Part shown: positions 30,935-40,055 of the stretch, one piece after another
Layout: each line of letters begins with the position of its first letter
Position numbering within the stretch: position 1 is the first letter of the stretch
NCBI GenBank assembly: GCA_032057925.1
Contig: DAMCEK010000008.1
Coordinates: forward strand, 19,888 to 83,887
From: Rhizobiaceae bacterium
GTDB lineage: Bacteria > Pseudomonadota > Alphaproteobacteria > Rhizobiales > Rhizobiaceae
Direction: 5' to 3'
Length of the DNA: 64,000 bases
Notes under the pieces: generated by a model
The model's database searches: none
The model's input: only the letters and a program-made list of their open reading frames with translations
Told to the model about the DNA's origin: nothing
Position numbers and translations under genes: made by a program

Positions 30935-31770
30935 GTGTATTATCTGATGAATTATAACACTCGATGTTGGACAAGGAAGCCGCTGAGCGGGGGCTTCCCG
31001 TCGAGATTCATGCTGTGATTTCCAAAGATCGGGGCGCTGGCCTTGGAGGGGACAGTTTTCTTCCTTGGCAAATGTCCCGCGACACCGATGCGGTCCCGCC
31101 CGATCACATGTTCATCTTTATTGACAAATTTGCTTAGGGCATCGACTTTTTCACCAGCTACGGCGGAATTGTTGCGTCGGATAAGTTTCTGGCGCTCCTG
31201 CATCGTCATTGCGCCGACAATATCCATGCCTCGCGGCTGACGCTGATCAACAGGGCTGATCGTGAGCTTCCCGATAAGCTTTATTTCATAAAGTTCACCA
31301 GCCTTACCGACGCCGTCGATTTTGACCGGATGGATTTCAATGGTGCCTACCATGACATTATCGGTGGGACAAATGAGATTTCCGAGGATGACCAGGGGAG
31401 GACGCTGATCAAACGCGCAGCGAATATCGCTTTCATCAAGGAAAAGCCGGAAGTCTTTTTGGAATGTAATCTGCCGCAAATGGCGATGCCGTTGTTCTGC
31501 AGCGAGGGGTTCAAGGCTGAGTGTGAGCGGGCGGGAATAGTCGGTCCTTGGTTCTGGCCAGAAAACGAGTTGCTGGTTGTAGATTTCTTCCCGGGTTGGG
31601 GAGGCGCGTTTGAGGATGCCATACCTCAACTTATCAACCTTGCGCAGCGCAAAAAATGGAAGACGAAAGTTGACCGTTCGTCATTCTTTCGACCGGAAAG
31701 CGTAAAGCTCAGCCCTGCCCATCTGGAGGTTATGCGCAAGGCTGCGGAACGAATGAAAAACAAGCGGTGA
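30935..31770 (+). pseudogene. Imm11/DUF1629-like gene disrupted by one frameshift and one in-frame TAG
   Basis: GTG 30935 after GAGGAA reads VYYLMNYNT... and stops at 31018. The next frame reads ...IFIDKFA, then TAG (31135-31137), then GIDFFTSYGGIVASDKFLALL...DAVDFDRMDF...LFCSEGFKAECERAGIVGPWFWP through to the stop at 31770. Family call is from memory. Confidence 0.5.
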
Positions 31771-31797
31771 TCCGGTCTGGCGCAGAGTTTTCAATCA

Positions 31798-32604
31798 TTA
31801 TGGTGAGGTAAAAAGCGCAGCTGACGCTTGGAGCAATGGGACGACCATGTCCCCGCTTGTTGCAGCCCCGACGCGTTCTTTGATTGTGGCCATCTCGGTC
31901 AGGTAACGTGTCATGGCTTGCTCGCCGACGGGTCGGCAGCGCGGCGCCATGATTGCATCCCAGCCATTATACAGGATCAACCAATCACCCGGCGCGATTT
32001 TTGCGTGTTCGATATAGGCTTGCAGAACCTGTGTCGACTTTTGGTGAAGTGCCATCAGTTCAGCTTCAAGCCCCGGATCAATGCGCGCATAGCCCTGATC
32101 GTCTTTGGAAACGGGATGGCCGAGTGCTTGCGCCATCTCGATGGGATAATCGGTGAAATCGCCATAGGGACGCTTTGGGTCAATCATAAAATCCCTCCAG
32201 CTCGTGTGCTGCAACAACGTGATGTCGGTGTCAGTTACATCTACAACGGATTGTTTATCGCCATCGTCACCCCTGATCTTGTACTGGCCGGGAACGAACC
32301 TCGCATGGAGAAAAAATGCACACTGGATCGGCTCCATACGGCGCTCGAAATCCCTATAGGTGTCATCCGATATCTCATCCATCAGTTCAGGTTCCACACC
32401 GGGTGCAAAAATGCCCGGCGCGCCGGATTCCGCTTCAACCCATCGCGACCGGCAGTTTCTGAACCATTCAATATCGTCTTGCGTCAAAGCGTATGGATCA
32501 GGATATTTGAAGGCCATTTGTTTCAAACCGTCCGAAGCGCCAGCCGATCTTGTAAACGAAAACGCACAGAGTCCAGACAAGACTGTGCGGCGGTTGACAT
32601 ACAT
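31798..32604 (-). CDS. Hypothetical exported protein (RR-containing signal)
   Basis: ATG 32604 is preceded by GGAG. N-terminus is MYVNRRTVLSGLCAFSFTRSAGA. 268 aa, acidic, with protein-like composition. The antisense 267-aa ORF is Cys/Arg-rich and judged a shadow ORF. Confidence 0.65.
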   Translation of the reverse strand: MYVNRRTVLSGLCAFSFTRSAGASDGLKQMAFKYPDPYALTQDDIEWFRNCRSRWVEAESGAPGIFAPGVEPELMDEISDDTYRDFERRMEPIQCAFFLHARFVPGQYKIRGDDGDKQSVVDVTDTDITLLQHTSWRDFMIDPKRPYGDFTDYPIEMAQALGHPVSKDDQGYARIDPGLEAELMALHQKSTQVLQAYIEHAKIAPGDWLILYNGWDAIMAPRCRPVGEQAMTRYLTEMATIKERVGAATSGDMVVPLLQASAALFTSP

Positions 32605-32867
32605 GGCAGCGCTCCAAGCGCAATTAAATAAAGCAGGCGCGCAGCCATTGATGGCTTTCTATTAACCAGCCGCCGCATGCCGTTATTTCTGTTCCACCAT
32701 TTTGCTCGCGATGTCGCCAGCAAACTTGGGGTGAATTGAATCTGATTATGCCAATAAATAAAAGTCAGCACCCATGCCAGATGGGGCTGTCACATCTATC
32801 AGTATCATATCATAGGCTGAGCTAGGCAATTGCTCTCGACAGCTTGCTGTCAAAAGATATCTATAAA

Positions 32868-33480
32868 ACATAATTGCGGCAACAGAAAATACCATTGCGA
32901 ATAAGATTAAACAGGTTCTGGCTGACCGGATTATTACAGTCGGTTATCGTCTGGCGCAAAGCTCACGCAAGACCACCTTGCCTAGGAGTTCGATGCTAGT
33001 CATGTTCCGGCCCGAGAGTTTTTTTAACGTCTCGAAGTGCAGGGGCTTGCGGTGAGCGAAGAGCGTCGGGCATAAGAGTTGCATCGTTCACATTGGAAGA
33101 GGTTGAAGAAGTTGCACGATTGCGGTCTGTGCTTGAGGGGCTATTACTGCGTCATGCGGCTCCTCACTTGACGCCATTCATTCTAGATTCGGCTTGCCAT
33201 TAATCGTACTGGCAATCATGCTGAACATATAATCGGGCGAGAAGACGCAAACAGACAGTTCCACCGCCTGCTCCTGACGCCGTGCATTATGCCCAGATTG
33301 CTTACTAAATTGATGGTCTTCATTTGATCGGTTCCTGGTTTCTCTTGATGGCAGCGCGTTCCGGTTGCACACAGTATGTGGTTTAAGATCATGAGACCAT
33401 TCTCCGTTGTCTTAGAATGGGCAATGTGGATGATGCGGTTGGCACGCTGGAGCGACATATTCTAAGGCCTGCCGAAGGGT
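32868..33480 (+). pseudogene. GntR/FCD (FadR-like) regulator pseudogene
   Basis: Reads TIANKIKQVLADRIITVGYRLAQ / KLTQDHLA*EFDASHVPAREFF*RLEVQGLAVSEERR / GIRVASFTLEEVEEVARLRSVLEGLLLRHAAP ... HETILRCLRMGNVDDAVGTLERHIL across shifted frames. No start codon, and TAG/TAA stops fall inside the HTH. Confidence 0.8.
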
Positions 33481-33601
33481 TCATTCCGCGTGCCCGAAAG
33501 GCCTTCTTACGACTATAACAAAGCACACCTTCTCCAATCGCTTTGCGCTGAGAGTGCGATTACGTTCTTCTCAGCGTGTAGTGTCTTGCGCCTTCGTGGA
33601 A

Positions 33602-33611
33602 TCATAGATAA
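33602..33611. promoter_or_regulatory. BioR-box-like site TCATAGATAA (9 of 10 matches to TTATMKATAA)
   Basis: Seen in the AT-rich stretch 41 nt upstream of the proposed bioB TTG start. The consensus is quoted from published alphaproteobacterial BioR work. Confidence 0.45.
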
Positions 33612-33651
33612 AAAAAATATAAATCTATATTATGATCATGGAGGGCTACAA

Positions 33652-34671
33652 TTGTATCAAGAGCCGCTGCAGCCAGAACGAGATACTGGTATTTTTGAGC
33701 CAAATGTGGATAAAAACCTGATTACAGAAGCTAATTTTATCTATAATTTACCATTTATCGATCTGCTATTTCGCGCTCAGCAGGTGCACCGTCGCCACTT
33801 TGATGCCAATGCCATCCAGATGAGCCGGCTTTTATCAATCAAGACGGGCGGGTGCCCCGAGGATTGCAGCTATTGCAGCCAGTCTACCCGCAATCCGACA
33901 GGACTGAAGGCCTCCAAGCTGATGGAGGTGGAGCTGGTTCTTGCGGAGGCGCGTAAGGCAAAGGAAGGCGGGGCAACGCGCTATTGCATGGGCGCGGCAT
34001 GGCGTAACCTCAAGGAACGCGACATGGAAGCGGTGGTGGCCATGGTTGAAGGCGTCAAGGCTCTCGGTATGGAGACCTGTATGACGCTCGGCATGCTGAC
34101 GCCGGAGCAATCCGAACGGCTCGCCGATGCCGGGCTCGATTATTACAATCATAATTTAGATACGTCCGAGCGTTTTTATTCGCAGATCATCACCACCCGC
34201 ACCTTCGAAGACCGACTGGAAACGCTCGCTAATGTCCGCGATGCGGGCATCAAGGTCTGTGCCGGCGGTATTCTCGGCATGGGGGAAACGGTCGAGGACC
34301 GCATTTCGATGCTGGTGACACTCGCTAATTTGCCGGTTCCGCCGGAAAGCGTACCGATTAATATGCTCATCCCGATCCCTGGTTCGAGGCTCGCCATGGC
34401 AGATCCGGTCGACCCGATCGAGTTCGTCCGCACCATCGCACTGGCACGAATCTTGATGCCGCGTTCGCATGTGCGACTTTCCGCCGGGCGCACCGAGATG
34501 AGCGACGAGACGCAGGCGCTCTGCTTTCTGGCCGGAGCCAATTCTATTTTCGTCGGTGAAACGCTGCTTACGGCGGATAATCCGGGTGAGGATCATGATA
34601 AGGCACTTTTCCGGCGTCTGGGTCTGAAGCCGATGGAGTTGCAGCCCGCACAGTCAGGAGAGGGTTGGTGA
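33652..34671 (+). CDS. bioB: Biotin synthase
   Basis: Radical-SAM motif [13 protein letters not shown]. In-frame TTG at 33652 is preceded by GGAGGG and gives 339 aa. The track start at 33490 would add 54 aa across an AT-rich promoter-like stretch. Confidence 0.93.
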   Translation: MYQEPLQPERDTGIFEPNVDKNLITEANFIYNLPFIDLLFRAQQVHRRHFDANAIQMSRLLSIKTGGCPEDCSYCSQSTRNPTGLKASKLMEVELVLAEARKAKEGGATRYCMGAAWRNLKERDMEAVVAMVEGVKALGMETCMTLGMLTPEQSERLADAGLDYYNHNLDTSERFYSQIITTRTFEDRLETLANVRDAGIKVCAGGILGMGETVEDRISMLVTLANLPVPPESVPINMLIPIPGSRLAMADPVDPIEFVRTIALARILMPRSHVRLSAGRTEMSDETQALCFLAGANSIFVGETLLTADNPGEDHDKALFRRLGLKPMELQPAQSGEGW

Positions 34672-35813
34672 ACGCTTTGACACTCTCCGCTTACGAAGTG
34701 AAACTTGCCGGCCTGCACCGCAAATCGCGGTTTCGGGCGCTTGTTCCCCGGCAGGGGATTGATTTCACCTCCAACGACTATCTCGGACTTGCCGATTCGT
34801 CCCATCTGAAGGCGGCGATTACCGAAGCAATCGAAAGGGGCGTGCCGGCGGGAGCTGGCGGCTCACGCTTGCTGCGCGGCAACCATCCGGAACATCAGGC
34901 GCTGGAGGCGGAGGCAGCAGCGTTTTTTGGCGCGGAAAGAACGATTTATTTCGGCAGCGGTTTCGCCGCCAATGTCGCGCTTTTTTCCACCTTGCCGTTG
35001 CGGGACGATCTTGTGCTTTATGATGCGCTGATCCATGCGAGCGTGCATGATGGTATCGCCGCCGGCAAGGCGCAGGCGCTTGCCGTGTCACATAACGAGG
35101 TCGAGGCAGTCGAGCGGGAAATAAGCCGCTGGCGTCAGGCTGGCGGTCGTGGACGGCCGTGGATCGCGGTTGAGAGCCTTTATTCCATGGATGGCGACCG
35201 GACGCCGCTTGCGGCGCTTGCTAATCTTGCCGAACGGCATGGCGGTTTTCTTGTAGTCGATGAGGCGCATGCCACCGGCGTTTTCGGAGCCGGTGGTCGT
35301 GGCCTTGCGGCAGAACTGGAAGGGCGGGGAAATGTGGTGGCGCTACACACCTGCGGCAAGGCGCTTGGCCTTTCCGGCGCACTTCTGAGCTTGCCTGCGG
35401 TTCTCGCGGACTATCTCATCAACCGTGCCCGCGGTTTCATCTATTCCACCGCACCTTCGCCGCTGATGGCGGCGGCGGTGCGGGAAGCCTTGCGGATCAT
35501 CGTTGATGAGCCGGGTCGGCGCGCCCGACTGGAGGAACTGATAAACTTTGCCGGCGAACAATTACGTTCAGAGCTTGGGGTAACGCCAAGCGGTTCGCAG
35601 ATCATGCCGGTGATGATCGGTGATAATGGCCGTTCGCTCAAGATTGCCGCGCGAATGCGGCATGGCGGTTTTGACGTGCGAGCGATCCGCCCGCCGACGG
35701 TGCCGGAAGGAATGGCGCGCCTGCGTCTTTCCATCACACTCAACGTGGACGAGGGCCAGATTACCGATATGGTTACGCTGCTTGCCTCTGCATTAAAGGA
35801 GGAGCAGGCATGA
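34665..35813 (+). CDS. bioF: 8-amino-7-oxononanoate synthase
   Basis: PLP-dependent alpha-oxoamine synthase, 382 aa, located between bioB and bioD. Start (TTG 34665 or GTG 34668) overlaps the bioB stop. Confidence 0.93.
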   Translation: MVNALTLSAYEVKLAGLHRKSRFRALVPRQGIDFTSNDYLGLADSSHLKAAITEAIERGVPAGAGGSRLLRGNHPEHQALEAEAAAFFGAERTIYFGSGFAANVALFSTLPLRDDLVLYDALIHASVHDGIAAGKAQALAVSHNEVEAVEREISRWRQAGGRGRPWIAVESLYSMDGDRTPLAALANLAERHGGFLVVDEAHATGVFGAGGRGLAAELEGRGNVVALHTCGKALGLSGALLSLPAVLADYLINRARGFIYSTAPSPLMAAAVREALRIIVDEPGRRARLEELINFAGEQLRSELGVTPSGSQIMPVMIGDNGRSLKIAARMRHGGFDVRAIRPPTVPEGMARLRLSITLNVDEGQITDMVTLLASALKEEQA

Positions 35814-36448
35814 GCCCCCGTTTCGTCGTTTCTGGCACAGATACGGGCGTCGGCAAGACGGTTTTTGCCGCAGCACTCACTCACGCCCTGCAGGCTTCCT
35901 ACTGGAAGCCGGTACAGTCAGGGCTGGAGGAAGAGACCGACAGCGAGACCGTGGAGCGGCTGAGCGGTGCGCCGCGTGCCCGTATCCTTCCGGAAGCTTA
36001 TCGCCTCAAAATGCCTGCCTCGCCGCATCTTTCAGCCCATCTCGGCAATGTGACGATCGATCCCGCGCTCCTGCAACCGCCGGAAACGAGTGGGCCGCTG
36101 GTAATCGAAGGGGCGGGCGGTCTTCTTGTGCCGTTGACCGACAAATTGCTGTTTGCCGATATCTTTGCTCGCTGGCATATTCCGCTCATTCTGTGTGCTA
36201 GAACCACGCTCGGCACCATCAATCACACGCTGCTGTCTCTAGAGGCCCTGCGGTCAAGGGCCATCCCTGTGCACGGTTTGGCTTTCATAGGTGATGAGAA
36301 TACGGAAAATGAGCGCATCATCACTGATATCGGCGCGGTTCGCACGCTCGGCCGGTTGCCGCATCTGCCTCAGATGACCGCCGGGGCGCTGCATCAGGCT
36401 TTCGCCCAACAATTTAATCTTGCTGATTTTCTGGAGGTGCCGGCATGA
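35810..36448 (+). CDS. bioD: Dethiobiotin synthetase
   Basis: P-loop [11 protein letters not shown]; 212 aa; ATGA overlaps on both sides. Confidence 0.93.
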   Translation: MSPRFVVSGTDTGVGKTVFAAALTHALQASYWKPVQSGLEEETDSETVERLSGAPRARILPEAYRLKMPASPHLSAHLGNVTIDPALLQPPETSGPLVIEGAGGLLVPLTDKLLFADIFARWHIPLILCARTTLGTINHTLLSLEALRSRAIPVHGLAFIGDENTENERIITDIGAVRTLGRLPHLPQMTAGALHQAFAQQFNLADFLEVPA

Positions 36449-37710
36449 GCCGTTCGCCCATCTGGCATCCCTTTACCCAGCACGGGCTGGAGCCGGCGAT
36501 GAAACGTATCGTGTCCACGCAAGGCGCCTATGTCGTCGATGAGGATGGCACGCGGCTTTTCGATGCGATTTCATCCTGGTGGGTCATCACCCATGGTCAC
36601 CGACATCCGAAGATTATGGCCGCGATCCGCGCGGCCACGGAAGCCTTTGATCAGGTCATTTTTGCAGAATTCTCCCACGAGCCGGCTGAAACGCTGGCAA
36701 GAGGGCTGATCGACATTGCCCCCGCAGGGCTAGAACACGTGTTTTATTCCGATAGCGGTTCGACCGCGGTGGAAGTGGCACTGAAAATGGCGCTCGGTTA
36801 CTTCCACAATCGCGGGCAAAAGCGCGACCGTATCGTGGTGATGGAACATGGCTATCACGGCGACACCATCGGCACGATGTCCACGGGCGAGCGTGGTGTG
36901 TTCAATGCCGCTTACAAGCCGCTGCTCTTCGGTGTCGACCGTCTGGCTTTTCCGGAACAGGGCAGCGCGCAGGCCACCCTCGACATGTTTGAGCATTTCT
37001 GCCGTTCAGGTCGTGTCGCTGCCCTGCTGATTGAGCCGCTGGTGCTTGGTGCCGGTGGCATGAAGATGTATGGCGCTAATGTTCTGGTCGGGCTGAAACA
37101 GATTGCCGAACGCCATGGCTGCCTGTTCATTGCCGATGAGGTTATGACCGGCTGGGGCCGGACCGGAAGTCTTTTCGCATGTGAGCAAGCCGAAATTTCT
37201 CCGGATATCCTGTGCACGTCGAAGGGCCTGACCGGCGGTTCCCTGCCGCTGGCGGCGACGCTGTGCAGCGGTGATATCTTCGATGCGCATTTTTCGACCG
37301 ACCGCCGCAAGACCTTTTTCCATTCGAGTTCCTACACCGCCAATCCGATTGCCTGCGCCGCTGCCGTCGCCAATCTCCAGGTCTGGCGGGATGAGGCGGT
37401 GGCGCAGCGTATCGGGCAACTGGAACAGATACTGGGGGACCATCTGCGGCGCTTTGCCGATGATAGACGTTTCACCAATATCCGGCAGGAGGGCACCATA
37501 GCTGCACTCGATCTAGTGGCGCCTTCCGGTGGTTATCTCGCCGAAGCGGGACCGCGTATGCGTCGCCTGTTCCGCGAGCGCGGGTTTGTCATCCGCCCTC
37601 TTGGTAACGTGGTTTATCTGATGCCCCCCTATTGTTCGACACTAGACGATCTGGCTCATGCCTTCGACGCCATCGATGAAGTGACCTCGCTGGTGACCGG
37701 AGCAGAGTGA
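36445..37710 (+). CDS. bioA: Adenosylmethionine-8-amino-7-oxononanoate aminotransferase
   Basis: Class III aminotransferase, 421 aa, with the PLP-lysine context [10 protein letters not shown]. Confidence 0.93.
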   Translation: MSRSPIWHPFTQHGLEPAMKRIVSTQGAYVVDEDGTRLFDAISSWWVITHGHRHPKIMAAIRAATEAFDQVIFAEFSHEPAETLARGLIDIAPAGLEHVFYSDSGSTAVEVALKMALGYFHNRGQKRDRIVVMEHGYHGDTIGTMSTGERGVFNAAYKPLLFGVDRLAFPEQGSAQATLDMFEHFCRSGRVAALLIEPLVLGAGGMKMYGANVLVGLKQIAERHGCLFIADEVMTGWGRTGSLFACEQAEISPDILCTSKGLTGGSLPLAATLCSGDIFDAHFSTDRRKTFFHSSSYTANPIACAAAVANLQVWRDEAVAQRIGQLEQILGDHLRRFADDRRFTNIRQEGTIAALDLVAPSGGYLAEAGPRMRRLFRERGFVIRPLGNVVYLMPPYCSTLDDLAHAFDAIDEVTSLVTGAE

Positions 37711-37756
37711 CGCTGGATATCCGCATCCTCCTGCAACATTCTTGAAAGACCAGACA

Positions 37757-38743
37757 ATGCAGACACTTTCTTCGCGCATGGCCGGTTTGGGACATGCCGT
37801 TCCGGGACGGTGCGTCGGCAATGACGAGATCGAGGCGCGCCTTGGGCTGGAATCCGGCTGGATCGAGCGGCGAACCGGCATCCTCAGGCGCCATTGGACG
37901 GAGGAGGGCGACACGCTGAGCGGCCTTGCCGCCGAAGCCGGTCGCATGGCGCTCGAAGATGCAAAAATCGATCCTGATGATATCGCACTGACATTGCTGG
38001 CAACCTCCACGCCGGACCATCTTTTGCCGCCTTCCGCACCGTTGCTTGCCCACCGGCTGGGCCTGTCACGATCCGGTGGGATTGATCTCGCCGGTGCCTG
38101 TTCCGGCTTTCTTTACGCACTTACCCTCGCCGATGGTTTTGTCCGCACCCAGGGTCGTGCCGTACTTGTGGTGGCCGCAAATATCCTCAGCCGCCGAATA
38201 AATCCAGCCGAACGGGCAAGTGCCGTACTCTTCGCAGATGCGGCCGGCGCTGTCGTGCTCGTGCCAGATCGGAATCCCCGGCGCGGTATTATCGCTGCCA
38301 ACCTATTATCGGATGGAAGTGGGTATGATTTGATCCAAATCCCGGCAGGCGGTAGCACACACCCCTTCTCCAAGGAGATAGGGCCCGAAGAATTTCTGAT
38401 GATGATGCGGGACGGTCGTGAGGTATTTTCACGCGCGGTTGAGTTGATGACGCAGGCGTCAGTCCGTGTGCTGGATCGGGTAAGGATTACTGGCAGCGAT
38501 GTCGACCGCTTCATTCCACATCAGGCCAACGCGCGCATGTTCGGTCCGCTTTGCAATAATATCGGCATAGATCAGGCAAGGATGGTCCAGACGATTGAAA
38601 ATTATGGCAATTCGTCTGCCGCTACCATTCCACTTTCATTGTCCATTTCTAACAGCGAGAAGCGGTTTGTTGAAGGTGAAGTTCTGCTTCTGACCGCTGC
38701 CGGCGCGGGGTTGACGGGCGGAGCTGTCGTTGTTCGAAGTTGA
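37757..38743 (+). CDS. bioZ: FabH-like 3-ketoacyl-ACP synthase III of the bioBFDAZ operon (BioZ)
   Basis: KAS III catalytic triad contexts [10 protein letters not shown] (Cys), HQANARM (His) and GNSSAATIP (Asn). Last gene of the bio operon. Start is ATG 37757 or TTG 37742. Confidence 0.85.
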   Translation: MQTLSSRMAGLGHAVPGRCVGNDEIEARLGLESGWIERRTGILRRHWTEEGDTLSGLAAEAGRMALEDAKIDPDDIALTLLATSTPDHLLPPSAPLLAHRLGLSRSGGIDLAGACSGFLYALTLADGFVRTQGRAVLVVAANILSRRINPAERASAVLFADAAGAVVLVPDRNPRRGIIAANLLSDGSGYDLIQIPAGGSTHPFSKEIGPEEFLMMMRDGREVFSRAVELMTQASVRVLDRVRITGSDVDRFIPHQANARMFGPLCNNIGIDQARMVQTIENYGNSSAATIPLSLSISNSEKRFVEGEVLLLTAAGAGLTGGAVVVRS

Positions 38744-38794
38744 TATCCGGGTCTGTCGCAAATTAGTGGGGTGGCGGATTACACCATGGAGTCT

Positions 38795-39196
38795 TTAAGC
38801 CGCTGCCTGTGCCACCGCAAAACTGTCTTCAAACATCCTAAATCGTGTAATCAATCCATTTTCAACGACGAAATCGAACACAAATTCAGATTCAATCAGT
38901 TTTCCAGTCTTCCGCACACGCGAGGCCAGTTCGCCTATCGCAACGACTCTGTTGCCCTGAGACAGAATATCTTTCAATTCGAAGCGTTCCGACACGATCT
39001 CCGTACGAATCTGGGCGTAAAATTGTGCCGCTCCGGACTTGCCGACTTTGCGTCCGATCCATGGCACGACGGATAAATCACCGGCGACGAACCAGTCAAC
39101 ATCGTCGCTGACAAGTGCTGCAATTTCCTCGACAGAGGCTGCTGAACCGGTTCGGCGGAAAAACTCTTCTATCGTATCGCGGGGAGAAAATTGCAT
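38795..39196 (-). CDS. SnoaL-like/NTF2-fold protein
   Basis: 133 aa; pattern EEFFRR...DDVDWFVAGD...PWIGRKVGKSGAAQFY is typical of ketosteroid-isomerase-like proteins. Divergent from a TetR gene. Confidence 0.7.
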   Translation of the reverse strand: MQFSPRDTIEEFFRRTGSAASVEEIAALVSDDVDWFVAGDLSVVPWIGRKVGKSGAAQFYAQIRTEIVSERFELKDILSQGNRVVAIGELASRVRKTGKLIESEFVFDFVVENGLITRFRMFEDSFAVAQAAA

Positions 39197-39211
39197 TGTG
39201 CCGTACCTTTG

Positions 39212-39284
39212 TGTAGTCAGAATTAAACAATGTGCTATTGCACGGCACCATGCCCGTCAATCAGTATCTGTAGTCAGAATTAAA
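39212..39284. repeat. Two identical 16-bp direct repeats TGTAGTCAGAATTAAA (39212-39227 and 39269-39284)
   Basis: Read directly. The two copies start 57 bp apart in the 101-bp SnoaL/TetR divergent intergenic region, each within about 15 nt of one of the two start codons. Confidence 0.85.
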
Positions 39285-39297
39285 GAAAGGTAGGGCG

Positions 39298-39882
39298 ATG
39301 TCACGCGGACGTCCGAGGAGTTTTGATCGCGACATTGCCATGCACGCCATGATGCAGGTGTTCTGGGCGCGGGGCTGCGAAGGCGCTCAGCTTATCGACC
39401 TCACTGCTGCTGCTGGGATCGCACCTCCTAGTTTCTATGCCGCATTCGGATCGAAGGAAGCAGCATTTCTTGAGGCTGTGGAGCTTTACATCCGGACGGT
39501 GGGGGCAGGTCCGATGGATGCGCTGGAGACAGCCCCCACCTTTCAGGAGGGGTTGAGGGCGATGCTGATGGCAAGCGTCGATGTTGCCTTGTCGCAACGT
39601 CCCGGAGGTTGCCTGCTGATACTCGGCGTCGTCAATTGCCTGCCGGAGAACGAAGCGGCTCAAAACTGTCTGAAAGAAGCCAGACGGATGACAAGAGTCT
39701 TGATAGAGAAACGCCTCAAACGCGCGTGCGCAGAGAACGAATTGCCGAAGGACGCCGATATTGCCCGCACCTCTGCGTTTATCCATGGCGCCATGCAGAT
39801 GATATCATTTCAGGCGCGAGACGGAGCGAACCAGGCAGAGCTTGAAGCGTTGGTTGAGCCGGTAATCAAAGCGGTGGTTTGA
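39298..39882 (+). CDS. TetR/AcrR-family transcriptional regulator
   Basis: N-terminal HTH (AQLIDLTAAAGIAPPSFYAAFGSKEAAFLEAVE); 194 aa. Confidence 0.88.
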   Translation: MSRGRPRSFDRDIAMHAMMQVFWARGCEGAQLIDLTAAAGIAPPSFYAAFGSKEAAFLEAVELYIRTVGAGPMDALETAPTFQEGLRAMLMASVDVALSQRPGGCLLILGVVNCLPENEAAQNCLKEARRMTRVLIEKRLKRACAENELPKDADIARTSAFIHGAMQMISFQARDGANQAELEALVEPVIKAVV

Positions 39883-40055
39883 TTGGTGGTGCCACCCCAA
39901 TACCAGTGATGACTTTCATTTATTGCTGTTATCGGGATACAGAATGCGCACAGGTGTGAATTTACCGGGTTGGTCATCCTTGACTGTGTAAATACCCAAA
40001 TTTGCCCCGCATCATCCTTCCTGATATCAAGCCCCTCCTTTTCCAGTCATGTGGC

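Noticed and set aside
30952-31629. 225-aa minus-strand ORF, the longest intact ORF in this stretch
   Set aside because: It has a TTG start with no RBS. The opposite strand shows a consistent Imm11/DUF1629-like motif series across the same nucleotides, so I interpret it as an antisense shadow of a pseudogene. The rejection is not certain; a homology search should confirm it.
31828-32631. 267-aa plus-strand ORF
   Set aside because: The product is Cys/Arg/His-rich and lies antisense to a better-supported minus-strand gene with a GGAG RBS and a signal peptide.
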